NCBI GenBank assembly: GCA_027001995.1
Contig: JALTLO010000184.1
Coordinates: 1 to 33,033, forward strand
DNA length: 33,033 bases
DNA from: Planctomycetota bacterium
GTDB lineage: Bacteria; Planctomycetota; GCA-002687715; DRQF01
Direction: 5' to 3'
A model generated the notes under the pieces. That model was given only the letters and a program-made list of their open reading frames with translations. It was not told the origin of the DNA and made no database searches. The translations under genes were made by a program, and so were the position numbers. Every line of letters starts with the position of its first letter. The stretch's first letter is position 1. Of this stretch, positions 21,065 to 29,641 are shown piece by piece.

Positions 21065-22425
21065 CTGACACGTCCGCAATGCTGAACGTCTTTAAGCTCC
21101 CTGATCTGAGGAAGAAGATCTTCGTCACGATTGGGTTGCTTTTCGTCTATCGCATCGGTTTTCATATTCCGTTGCCAGGCGTCGATGTTTCCGTTTGGAA
21201 CGGTTTGCGGGATCAGCAGCAGGGCGGATCGGTCCTTGGTCTCTTGACTGTTCTCTCTGGTGGCCGGTTGAATATGCCAGTGGTATTCACCCTGGGCATT
21301 TTGCCGTATATTTCAGCTTCGATTATCTTCAGCTTGTTGACCAAGGTGATTCCTCAGTTGGAAGCTCTCTCGAAAGAGGGGCCAGCTGGTCAACGAAAGA
21401 TCAATCAACTGACTCGTTTGGCGACCGTACCTTTGTGTTTGATTCAGGGTGCCATTCTGTGTTTCACCGTGTTCAAGCCCATGTCCGGTCCTGTCGAAGG
21501 TCAAACAAACACCAATGCTTTCTTGCTGCCATTGCTTCAAAGTGATTTCTGGACCACGTCCGGAACCATGTTGATGTTAGTGGTGGGAATGACTGCTGGA
21601 ACCCTCTTCATTATGTGGTTGGGTGAGCAGATTACCGAACATGGTATCGGTAACGGTGCATCCTTAATCATTATGGCTGGAATCATTGCAGGTTTGCCCG
21701 CAGTGGTCACTCGGATTGTCGGGGACGCCATCGAAGATCGCAGCCGGATTTTGATTATTGCCGTGCTGATCATCACCTACATCATTGTCGTCCTGACGGT
21801 CGTCATGATCACCAAGGGGCAAAGACGAATCCCTATTCAACAGGCTAAGTTGATGAAGGGGCGCAAGATGTACGGGGGAACTCGTCATTATCTGCCAATC
21901 AAAGTGAACATGGCGAATGTTATGCCTGTGATCTTTGCCTCGTCTCTGCTGATGCTTCCGAATTTGATCGGGGGTGTCTTCACGGATGGTGACACCTTGT
22001 TACCTCCAGGGGGCTTCGTTTGGGTAACCTTGTTCATCATTCTGATTTTCTTCTTCAGCTTTTTCTGGACTTCCATGATGTTCCAGCCTGCTGAGATGGC
22101 GAATAATCTTAAGGAACATGGTTCGTTTGTTCCTGGGATTCGACCAGGAAGAAAGACGGCTGAGTTCCTCGAGAGGATTATGGTTCGCATCACTTTGGTG
22201 GGCTCGGCCTTCCTTGCGGTGATCGCCATCTTGCCAACGATTGTAGCTTCCACGCTCCAAGTCGACTTTATGACAGCGAGTTTTCTTGGTGGTACAGGTA
22301 TTCTGATTATTGTGGGTGTGGCCTTGGACATTGTCGACAAGCTCAACGCCCAATTGATGAGCAGGAATTACGAAGGATTCATGAGCTCTTCGTCATCGAA
22401 GCGCGGGTCACGTGGAGGCCAGTAG
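21061..22425 (+). CDS. secY: Preprotein translocase subunit SecY
   Basis: LGILPYISASII, WLGEQITEHGIGNGASLII, IPIQ, VMPVIFA, GSFVPGIRPG, GGTGILIIVGVALD; multiple hydrophobic helices. Confidence 0.99.
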   Translation: MTDTSAMLNVFKLPDLRKKIFVTIGLLFVYRIGFHIPLPGVDVSVWNGLRDQQQGGSVLGLLTVLSGGRLNMPVVFTLGILPYISASIIFSLLTKVIPQLEALSKEGPAGQRKINQLTRLATVPLCLIQGAILCFTVFKPMSGPVEGQTNTNAFLLPLLQSDFWTTSGTMLMLVVGMTAGTLFIMWLGEQITEHGIGNGASLIIMAGIIAGLPAVVTRIVGDAIEDRSRILIIAVLIITYIIVVLTVVMITKGQRRIPIQQAKLMKGRKMYGGTRHYLPIKVNMANVMPVIFASSLLMLPNLIGGVFTDGDTLLPPGGFVWVTLFIILIFFFSFFWTSMMFQPAEMANNLKEHGSFVPGIRPGRKTAEFLERIMVRITLVGSAFLAVIAILPTIVASTLQVDFMTASFLGGTGILIIVGVALDIVDKLNAQLMSRNYEGFMSSSSSKRGSRGGQ

Positions 22426-23073
22426 ATGAATTTGGTTTTTCTTGGGCCTCCCGGTGCTGGGAAAGGCACCCAGGCCAAAGTTATAGCTGAAAAGAATGGT
22501 TGGGCTCACATCTCAACCGGAGACATGCTGCGGGCTGCTGTCAAAGCGGGCTCAGAGCTGGGAGCGCAGGCTCAGGGCTTCATGGAAAAGGGAGAGTTGA
22601 TCCCTGATTCCCTGATGTGTGCGGTTGTTGCCGATCGGTTGAAGGAAACGGATTGCCAACAAGGATGGATCTTGGATGGTTTTCCTCGGACCCGGGTTCA
22701 GGCAGACCGCTTGGACGAGACTCTGGCTTCTGCGTCTTTGAAGATGGACCATTGTGTTTATTTTCATATTGACCAGGAGATTTTGGTTGCGCGCCTCACC
22801 GGGCGTTTGACCTGTAAAGGATGTGGAGCGAACTTTCACGTCGCAGCACTGCCCCCGAAAGAGGGGGGGGTCTGCGATCACTGTGGTGGTGAGCTCTACA
22901 CCCGGGTGGACGATGAAGAGGCGACAGTTCGCAATCGCCTGAAGGTTTATGAAGAGTCAACTGCGGAATTGATCGGTTTCTATCAAGATGGTGGGCGTTT
23001 GCTCCGGGTAGAAGCTGAAGGTTCTGTGGAAGAAGTGGGGGCAAGACTTGCCGCCCAATTGGGGGATTCTTAG
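22426..23073 (+). CDS. adk: Adenylate kinase (zinc-binding LID type)
   Basis: GPPGAGKGTQA, HISTGDMLR, LDGFPRT, LID CKGC...CDHC. Confidence 0.98.
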   Translation: MNLVFLGPPGAGKGTQAKVIAEKNGWAHISTGDMLRAAVKAGSELGAQAQGFMEKGELIPDSLMCAVVADRLKETDCQQGWILDGFPRTRVQADRLDETLASASLKMDHCVYFHIDQEILVARLTGRLTCKGCGANFHVAALPPKEGGVCDHCGGELYTRVDDEEATVRNRLKVYEESTAELIGFYQDGGRLLRVEAEGSVEEVGARLAAQLGDS

Positions 23074-23258
23074 AATTCCCGACCTCCAGCCATGCGGTGG
23101 CTGGCTTCGGATGCTTAAGTTGTTAAGTCGCGGCAGTTTATGTCAGGGCAAGATGACGAGGGTAGAAAGAGGAATCGCTGATTTTGGGCGTTTCCTGTAT
23201 TTTTTTTTTGAAGGAATGCCCAAGTTTTTTCTGGGGTGTTCATTTTGAGGCTTGAACC

Positions 23259-23375
23259 ATGAAGGTCAGAGCATCGGTTAAGAGGATTTGCGAGAGTTGC
23301 AAAATTGTGAAACGCCGCGGAGTCGTGCGTGTCATTTGCGATGCAAACCCCCGTCACAAACAACGTCAGGGTTAA
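23259..23375 (+). CDS. rpmJ: 50S ribosomal protein L36 (below ORF-track length cutoff)
   Basis: Manual translation [38 protein letters not shown], 38 aa, zinc-ribbon C/C/C/H. Confidence 0.98.
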   Translation: MKVRASVKRICESCKIVKRRGVVRVICDANPRHKQRQG

Positions 23376-23397
23376 GTCCCGAACTTGAGGTAAGCAG

Positions 23398-23766
23398 ATG
23401 GCTCGTATCGCGGGCACCGATATCCCGAACGACAAGAGGCTGAAGATCGCGTTGACATACGTCTACGGACTTGGCCCTAAAGAAACTCTCCGTTTGATCG
23501 AAGCGGTAGGTCTTGACCCTGAGCAAAAAGCTCATGAGTTGAATGAGGAGGATGTGACACGCATCAATGCTGAACTTCAGGCGAATTTCGTCGTTGAAGG
23601 GCAGTTGCGCCGTCAAACCATCCAAAACATCCAACGTCTGAAAGACATCCGCTGCTACCGTGGTTTGCGCCACATCCGAGGACTACCCGTCCGTGGACAA
23701 CAAACGCAATCCAATGCTCGTACCCGCAAGGGTCCCCGCAAGACGGTTACCGGCAAAAAGAAATAA
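23398..23766 (+). CDS. rpsM: 30S ribosomal protein S13
   Basis: MARIAGTDIP, IALTYVYGLG, YRGLRHIRGLPVRGQ, NARTRKG. Confidence 0.99.
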   Translation: MARIAGTDIPNDKRLKIALTYVYGLGPKETLRLIEAVGLDPEQKAHELNEEDVTRINAELQANFVVEGQLRRQTIQNIQRLKDIRCYRGLRHIRGLPVRGQQTQSNARTRKGPRKTVTGKKK

Positions 23767-23783
23767 GAAGCAGGACTTGATCG

Positions 23784-24164
23784 ATGGCCAGAGGCACAAA
23801 AAAACGTGTTCGTAAGAACGTTGTGAAGGGTGTTGCTCATATCAAAGCAACATTCAACAACACGATCGTTACGATCACCGACACCACCGGTGCTGTCCTT
23901 TGTTGGGACAGCGCAGGAACAATCGGATACAAGGGTTCACGCAAGAGCACCCCTTTCGCCGCTCAAAGAGCTGGTGAAAGAGCTGCAGACAAGGCCAAGA
24001 AGTTTGGCATGCGGGAAGTCGAAGTTTGGATCAAAGGCCCAGGCAGTGGTCGGGAATCCGCAGTACGTGCGATCCGTGCCGGTGGCCTGGACGTGAAAGC
24101 AATTGTTGATGTGACGCCTTTGCCACACAATGGTTGCCGTCCACGGAAGCGTCGTCGGGTCTAA
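23784..24164 (+). CDS. rpsK: 30S ribosomal protein S11
   Basis: [44 protein letters not shown]. Confidence 0.99.
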   Translation: MARGTKKRVRKNVVKGVAHIKATFNNTIVTITDTTGAVLCWDSAGTIGYKGSRKSTPFAAQRAGERAADKAKKFGMREVEVWIKGPGSGRESAVRAIRAGGLDVKAIVDVTPLPHNGCRPRKRRRV

Positions 24165-24236
24165 GACCTCACGAGATATACATATTTGTGGATGATTTTC
24201 ATCCAAGAGTAGAACTAACAGGATACGGGAATCGCC

Positions 24237-24869
24237 ATGGCGAGAATTACCGGACCGAAATGTCGTCTATGCCGCCGGGAGGGTATGAAACTCTTCCTCA
24301 AAGGCGAGCGTTGCCACACGGTCAAATGTGCAGTTGATAAGCGCGGTACACCTCCGGGTGTCACCACTTGGAGTCGTTCACGTAGGTCCGCCTACGGAAT
24401 GCAACTTCGTGAGAAACAACGTCTCAAGCGTATGTACGGCGTGATGGAAAAGCAGTTCCGGATTTACTTCGGACGTGCTGTTCAGACGAAGGGGAACACG
24501 GGCGACAACCTGTTGCTCGAAGTCGAACGTCGGTTGGACAATGTGCTTCGTCAATCAGGATTTGGTTTGGGCCCAAGCAGCTCTCGTCAAATCGTCGGAC
24601 ATGGCCACGTTATGGTGAATGGTCGCCGTTGCGATCGTCCTTCGCGTCAAGTTCGTGTTGGTGATGTCATTACATTCACCGATCACGATCGGAAGCGTAA
24701 GCACGTGAAGAGCGCTGTTGAAGGTTCAACAAGTTACCTGGGTGAGATACCAGCGTGGCTCGAAGTGGATCGTGAGAAAATGGAAATCCGCGTGATTGCA
24801 TTGCCAACACGTGAACAGTTCCCTTTCCAGATCAACGAGCAGCTGATTGTCGAAGGTATGGCCAAGTAA
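24237..24869 (+). CDS. rpsD: 30S ribosomal protein S4 (zinc-ribbon form)
   Basis: GPKCRLCRREGMKLFLKGERC, YGMQLREKQ, ERRLDN, HGHVMVNG, INEQLIVE. Confidence 0.98.
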   Translation: MARITGPKCRLCRREGMKLFLKGERCHTVKCAVDKRGTPPGVTTWSRSRRSAYGMQLREKQRLKRMYGVMEKQFRIYFGRAVQTKGNTGDNLLLEVERRLDNVLRQSGFGLGPSSSRQIVGHGHVMVNGRRCDRPSRQVRVGDVITFTDHDRKRKHVKSAVEGSTSYLGEIPAWLEVDREKMEIRVIALPTREQFPFQINEQLIVEGMAK

Positions 24870-24919
24870 GTTTTCCACTGTCCCCGCGGGGACTTTGGAC
24901 TTCCTGGAGGAAGAACCGA

Positions 24920-25960
24920 ATGCGAATCAGATGGCGTAATCTTGAGCTGCCGAACAAGGTCTCTCTTAACCGTGATACCTTTTCGGACACATATGCAGAG
25001 TTTTCCGTCGAGCCATTCGAGCGTGGCTTTGGCCACACGATTGGTAACGGACTTCGCCGTGTCCTTCTCAGCTCTCTCGAAAGTACCGCTGTCGTTTGGG
25101 TTAAAATCCCAGGCGTGCAGCATGAGTTCATGGCACTCGAAGACGTGGCCGAAGATGTCACAGACATCGTCTTGAACTTGAAGGAACTCAAAGTTCGCTA
25201 TGGCGGTGATGAGCCCATTCGATTGACGCTGAATGTCAAGAAGAAGGGCCCAGTCACGGCCAGCGATTTTGTTGCCGAAGCCGACGCGGAAATCGTCAAT
25301 GGCGACTTGAACATCTGCACGCTTTCCAAAGAGATGGACTTCTCGATGGAAGTGGAGGTGCGCAAGGGGCGTGGCTACCTGACGGCAGAAGAGAACGAGT
25401 CCGGATCCGTCCGGGGTGCGAACAAGGGGCCTCGTAAGGATGTTGACCAAGAAATTGGCAAGATCTGGATGGATGCGACGTTCTCACCTGTGTTGCGGGT
25501 GCGTTACCACATTGAAGACACACGTGTCGGCAAGTTGACAGATTACGATCGTTTGCTGATTCATGTGTGGACTGACGGAACTGTTGCCCCTGACCATGCT
25601 TTGGTCGAGGCCAGCAAGATTTATCGCAAGCATTTGAACCCGTTTGTCTCTTATGATGACGCTGGGGCTGAGTTGCCTGAATCTGATTTGGTTCCTGAAC
25701 CCACAGAGGAGAAAGCTTCCAAGGAAGAGGAGGAGCTGATGCGCCTTATGGCCATGCCCATCTCTGAATTGAATCTTTCCATGCGGTCGGGCAATTGTTT
25801 GGAGGCTGAGCAAATTCGGACCGTGGGCGAACTCGTTTGCCGTGCCGAATCAGATCTTCTGAACGTCCGAAATTTTGGCAAGACGTCTCTGAAAGAGATC
25901 GTCGCCAAGCTCATCGAACTCAACCTGACTCTGGGTATGCAAGTCCCTTTGCAGGCCTAA
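24920..25960 (+). CDS. rpoA: DNA-directed RNA polymerase subunit alpha
   Basis: EPFERGFGHTIGNGLRRVLLSS, EDVTDIVLNLK, GRGY, FSPVLRV, alpha-CTD LNLSMRSGNCL...RNFGKTSL. Confidence 0.99.
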   Translation: MRIRWRNLELPNKVSLNRDTFSDTYAEFSVEPFERGFGHTIGNGLRRVLLSSLESTAVVWVKIPGVQHEFMALEDVAEDVTDIVLNLKELKVRYGGDEPIRLTLNVKKKGPVTASDFVAEADAEIVNGDLNICTLSKEMDFSMEVEVRKGRGYLTAEENESGSVRGANKGPRKDVDQEIGKIWMDATFSPVLRVRYHIEDTRVGKLTDYDRLLIHVWTDGTVAPDHALVEASKIYRKHLNPFVSYDDAGAELPESDLVPEPTEEKASKEEEELMRLMAMPISELNLSMRSGNCLEAEQIRTVGELVCRAESDLLNVRNFGKTSLKEIVAKLIELNLTLGMQVPLQA

Positions 25961-25986
25961 GAAGTCATTAGAAACGGAATTTTGTC

Positions 25987-26388
25987 ATGAGACATCGTAT
26001 TGCAGGACGCAAGCTCAACCGAAGCCCAGAGCACAGAAGACGTCTGCTTCAAAATATGGCTATGCAACTCATTAAGCATGGTCGTATTGTCACTACAGTT
26101 GAGAAGGCCAAGGAAACACGGCCATATGCTGAAAAGCTCATCACGTTGTCTAAGGAAAAGACCCTGGCAAACGTGCGACGGGCTGTCACCATGCTTGGTT
26201 CTCACCAAGAGGCGAAAGATGTGGCCCGTCACTTGTTTGACAACATCGGGCCTACCTTTAAGGACCGTCCCGGGGGATACACCCGCATCCTTCGTCTGTC
26301 TGAGAGACGTTTGGGGGACGGTGGTTCTAAGGCTGTCTTTGAATTGGTGAACTATGCACCAAGTCAAGATGTCATGGACGACGCTTAG
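25987..26388 (+). CDS. rplQ: 50S ribosomal protein L17
   Basis: MRHRIAGRKLNR, TTVEKAKE, RPGGYTRI, RLGDG. Confidence 0.99.
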   Translation: MRHRIAGRKLNRSPEHRRRLLQNMAMQLIKHGRIVTTVEKAKETRPYAEKLITLSKEKTLANVRRAVTMLGSHQEAKDVARHLFDNIGPTFKDRPGGYTRILRLSERRLGDGGSKAVFELVNYAPSQDVMDDA

Positions 26389-26460
26389 CATAGCTCTCAC
26401 GGTTGAGAAGCCCTGTTAGAGTCGATCGATCTTGTGTCTTGAGTCACCGCAATAAAATAG

Positions 26461-26498
26461 GCAGGGCGTTGGTCGTTTGGCCGACGCCCTGTTTTTTT
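26461..26498 (+). terminator. Intrinsic terminator ending the ribosomal protein cluster
   Basis: 13-bp stem CAGGGCGTTGGTC / GGCCGACGCCCTG with GTTT loop followed by T7. Confidence 0.9.
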
Positions 26499-26564
26499 GC
26501 ACCAGGCAAGGCCCGTGTGCAGTCCTTCTCTGGATGGCACCATTGCAAGAGAAAGTCCTAAACC

Positions 26565-27311
26565 ATGTCAACTAAGTCAGTCATTGTTGTGGGTGCTTCA
26601 TCTGGTGTCGGGGCGGCCCTTGCCCAGCGCTTTGCTCAGGAGGGACGTCCTGTTGCGATTTTGGCGCGGCGTGAGGATCGACTCAAGGACGTGTGCCACA
26701 ATGCTAAAGAGCAGAATGCAAGTGGTGAGATTCGTTTTTACACTCATGATGTCTTGGATTTTGCAGATGTACCTGCCTTGTTTGATCAGATCGAGAATGA
26801 CCTGGGGCAAGCGGATACGCTGGTGTATGCCGCAGGGATTCTTCCGGATGTAGGACCTGATGAATTTAACAGTGAAAAAGATCTCAGTTGTGTACAGATT
26901 GGCTTCACTGGGGCGATTTCTTGGCTGAATGAGGCTGCGAACCGTTTTTGTAAAGCTGGAGGGGGCACCATTTGTGGCATCTCATCGATTGCTGGTGAGA
27001 GAGGCCGGACTGGGATGCCCGCATATCACGGGACCAAGGCAGCTCTCTCAACGTTTCTTGAATCTCTCTACAATCGCCTTTGGAAAAAGAACGTTCGGGT
27101 AGTCACTATCAAGCCGGGCTTCTTGGATACCGATATGACTAAGGGAATGGAGGGGCTCTTTTGGCACATCAAAGCCGAACGAGCCGCTGAGATTATCCAT
27201 GGCCATATGAAGTCTGGGCGCCGTGTCGCTTATGTGCTTGGACGTTGGAGCCTGGTGGCTTTGGTCATTCGCAATATCCCGTCGTTCATTTTTAAGCGGA
27301 CTTCGATCTGA
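26565..27311 (+). CDS. SDR family oxidoreductase, DprE2-like (polyprenylphosphoryl-2-keto-pentose reductase-like)
   Basis: VGASSGVG Rossmann motif, ISSIAGERGR, catalytic YHGTK, KPGFLDTDMT, C-terminal VIRNIPSFIFKR; directly upstream of a DprE1-like gene. Confidence 0.82.
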   Translation: MSTKSVIVVGASSGVGAALAQRFAQEGRPVAILARREDRLKDVCHNAKEQNASGEIRFYTHDVLDFADVPALFDQIENDLGQADTLVYAAGILPDVGPDEFNSEKDLSCVQIGFTGAISWLNEAANRFCKAGGGTICGISSIAGERGRTGMPAYHGTKAALSTFLESLYNRLWKKNVRVVTIKPGFLDTDMTKGMEGLFWHIKAERAAEIIHGHMKSGRRVAYVLGRWSLVALVIRNIPSFIFKRTSI

Positions 27312-27314
27312 ATC

Positions 27315-28724
27315 GTGAGTACAATCTTTCCAAACTATCATCTCGAATCCTGGGGCATGATTCATCATGCCACAGTTGATTTCTTGCGCCCGAGTTCCTC
27401 AAGCGAATTGGCAGGGATTTTCGCGGATGCCCAAGCTGCCGGAAAGACGATTTCCTTGCGGGGTGGGGGAAATTGCTATGGCGAGACTCCTTTGAATGAT
27501 GGGGGGATGGTTCTCGACATGACTGCCCTTGATCGGGTGCTTGCTTGGGATCCCGCTGTTGGAATTGCACGGGTGGAACCAGGGGTCACTATTGAGAAAC
27601 TCTGGGAAACGGTGGTGGGCGATGGCTATTGGCCGGCTGTGGTTCCGGGGACTATGAAAGTCACCGTCGGTGGCGCTTGCAGTCTGGATATTCATGGCAA
27701 GAACCACTTTGCTTTGGGGAGCTTTCGGGACCATGTCTTGTCGTTGAAGTTAATGACGACTGATGGTGAGATCTTGCACTGTTCAGCGACAGAGAATCAA
27801 GATGTCTTTGACCATGTCCTGGGAGGGCTGGGGCTCCTTGGCTGCTTGACCGAAATCGAATTGAAATTGAAGAAGGTTTCTTCTGGGCAAGTGGACGTTG
27901 AGCCCATTGTTGTCGACAGTTTTGCTCATATGACCGAGGTGATGGAAGGACTCTCTTCAACTTCGGACTATCTTGTGGGGTGGCATGACGGTTTCGCTGC
28001 TGGCGATAAGGTTGGTCGAGGTTTGATTCATCGAGCCAATCATCCCAAGGAAGGGGACGATGCCTTCTTTGACGTCAAGAAACAGGGTTTACCTTCGACT
28101 CTTTTGGGGGTTGTTCCCCGCTCTTGGATGTGGTGGGGGCTTTGGTTCTTTCTGAACAAGCCCGGTATGCGCTTCATCAACTACTTGAAATTCCTGTCTG
28201 GCAAGAGGAATGAGAAGAAAGGGGTGCATCGTCAAGGCCTCGCCGCGTTTCATTTCTTACTTGACTACGTTCCTCATTGGAAGAAGTCGTATAAACCCGG
28301 GGGGCTGATTCAGTTTCAGTCTTTCGTTCCCAAGGATAGAGCAGCCCAAGTTTTCGAAGATTTGCTGCGCCTTTGCCAACGGAGGAATTTACCTCCTTAC
28401 TTGGTTGTTACGAAGCGCCACTTCGAGACCAAATCTTTGCTTCCCTATGCCGTGGATGGATTCTCTCAGGCCCTCGACATTCGCGTCACCAAGAAGAACC
28501 GCGGACGGGTTGAGAATTTGGTTCGTGAGATGGAAGAGATCGTTTTTGCCGCATCAGGTCGGTTTTACTTGGCGAAGGATGGGATGATGACTCCAGAGTC
28601 TTTCCGTCGTTATGTGGACAAGGATCGACTGGAGGCCTTTCGTGAACTGAAGGCACGCTTGGATCCTCGAGGTGTCTTACAATCGGACTTGTCACGTCGG
28701 CTCAAGATCCTGAGTGACCATTGA
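27315..28724 (+). CDS. FAD-binding oxidoreductase, DprE1-like (polyprenylphosphoryl-ribose 2'-oxidase-like)
   Basis: RGGGNCYG, VVPGTMKVTVGGACSLDIHGKNH, GLIQFQSFVP, GRFYLAKD, DPRGVLQSDLSRRL resemble mycobacterial DprE1 motifs; GTG start 3 nt after the SDR stop. Confidence 0.85.
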   Translation: MSTIFPNYHLESWGMIHHATVDFLRPSSSSELAGIFADAQAAGKTISLRGGGNCYGETPLNDGGMVLDMTALDRVLAWDPAVGIARVEPGVTIEKLWETVVGDGYWPAVVPGTMKVTVGGACSLDIHGKNHFALGSFRDHVLSLKLMTTDGEILHCSATENQDVFDHVLGGLGLLGCLTEIELKLKKVSSGQVDVEPIVVDSFAHMTEVMEGLSSTSDYLVGWHDGFAAGDKVGRGLIHRANHPKEGDDAFFDVKKQGLPSTLLGVVPRSWMWWGLWFFLNKPGMRFINYLKFLSGKRNEKKGVHRQGLAAFHFLLDYVPHWKKSYKPGGLIQFQSFVPKDRAAQVFEDLLRLCQRRNLPPYLVVTKRHFETKSLLPYAVDGFSQALDIRVTKKNRGRVENLVREMEEIVFAASGRFYLAKDGMMTPESFRRYVDKDRLEAFRELKARLDPRGVLQSDLSRRLKILSDH

Positions 28725-28742
28725 TGCTTGTCGGCGGTTGGG

Positions 28743-29357
28743 CTAACGGAACTGGTTTCGGTGCCGCATGATCTTCATGCCCTCCAAGTTGTTCCAAGTG
28801 AACAAGAGAGCGCCTGGTGAGCACAGTCTTTCAAATATGGCCTCGATGACTTCTGATTCCCCAGGCCAGGGGTAGGCGAATACAATGTCGATATCTGCTG
28901 GGTCAATATCCAAGAGGTCGTGGCCATTTTGACCTCCGGGTTCTAACCAATCTGGTCCCTCGGTGAAGTCGATGAGCTCTTGTGCTTCCGCCGGAACATA
29001 GCTTGCAACAACGAACTCCGCGTCGATTTCAAAGTCCTTCGCCAACCGTTCAGCTTCGGCAACCAAATCGCCTTGAATCTCGATGCCTTGAGCATCGAAT
29101 CCAAGGGATGCTGCTAACATGGTGGCAACGCCGAAACCCGCACCCCACTCGACGAAGCAGCCGTCTCGATCCATCGCCAATCGGCAAAGCATGTCATAAA
29201 CTTCATCGAAATCACTGGGGACGAAACCGGCGAGAGGATGATCGCCCCGGCCTTCTACAAAACTGTCAATACGCAGGCGTGCCTCTTCGATTAAACGCTT
29301 TATGTGATCTGGTTGCTCGACTTTGGGTGCGTTCAGCTTCAAAATTTCCAACGCCAT
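28743..29357 (-). CDS. Small class I SAM-dependent methyltransferase (FAM173/DOT1-like), function unknown
   Basis: GFVPSDF, motif I FVEWGAGFG, post-I GIEI, DIDIVFAYPWP; 204 aa, acidic; GGAG upstream on the minus strand. Confidence 0.72.
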   Translation of the reverse strand: MALEILKLNAPKVEQPDHIKRLIEEARLRIDSFVEGRGDHPLAGFVPSDFDEVYDMLCRLAMDRDGCFVEWGAGFGVATMLAASLGFDAQGIEIQGDLVAEAERLAKDFEIDAEFVVASYVPAEAQELIDFTEGPDWLEPGGQNGHDLLDIDPADIDIVFAYPWPGESEVIEAIFERLCSPGALLFTWNNLEGMKIMRHRNQFR

Positions 29358-29641
29358 TTTTGAGATTTACTCCAGGAGGGGTGGGCGTGCCATCGTTGTA
29401 AGATCGGCCACTTAGCCCAATCTGGCGCTGCTCTTCAAGGAGACCGTCTGCGCCACCCTACTCTAAGGCATTCCGAATTGGGATCAACCGCCGGACAAGG
29501 TGGTGGACCCAACGTCATGAGGCTTATCATAGGAGCTGCCAGCAATAGGGGCAGGCGAAATCCCCTGTGATATGATATGGTTCGGTCACATTTGCCGCGA
29601 AACTCGCTCTGAGAGTTGTCAAGAAGGACAAGAGGCCTCTT

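Noticed and set aside
26533..26547. TGGCACCATTGC as a second sigma54 promoter before the SDR gene
   Set aside because: GG-to-GC spacing is not 10 nt with either available GG
29523..29580. CTTATC...CAGCAA motif reminiscent of a SAM-I riboswitch next to a methyltransferase gene
   Set aside because: Lacks the GAG...GAGGGA.TGGCCC kink-turn/pseudoknot arm and the closing GATAAG; it is also oriented away from the methyltransferase
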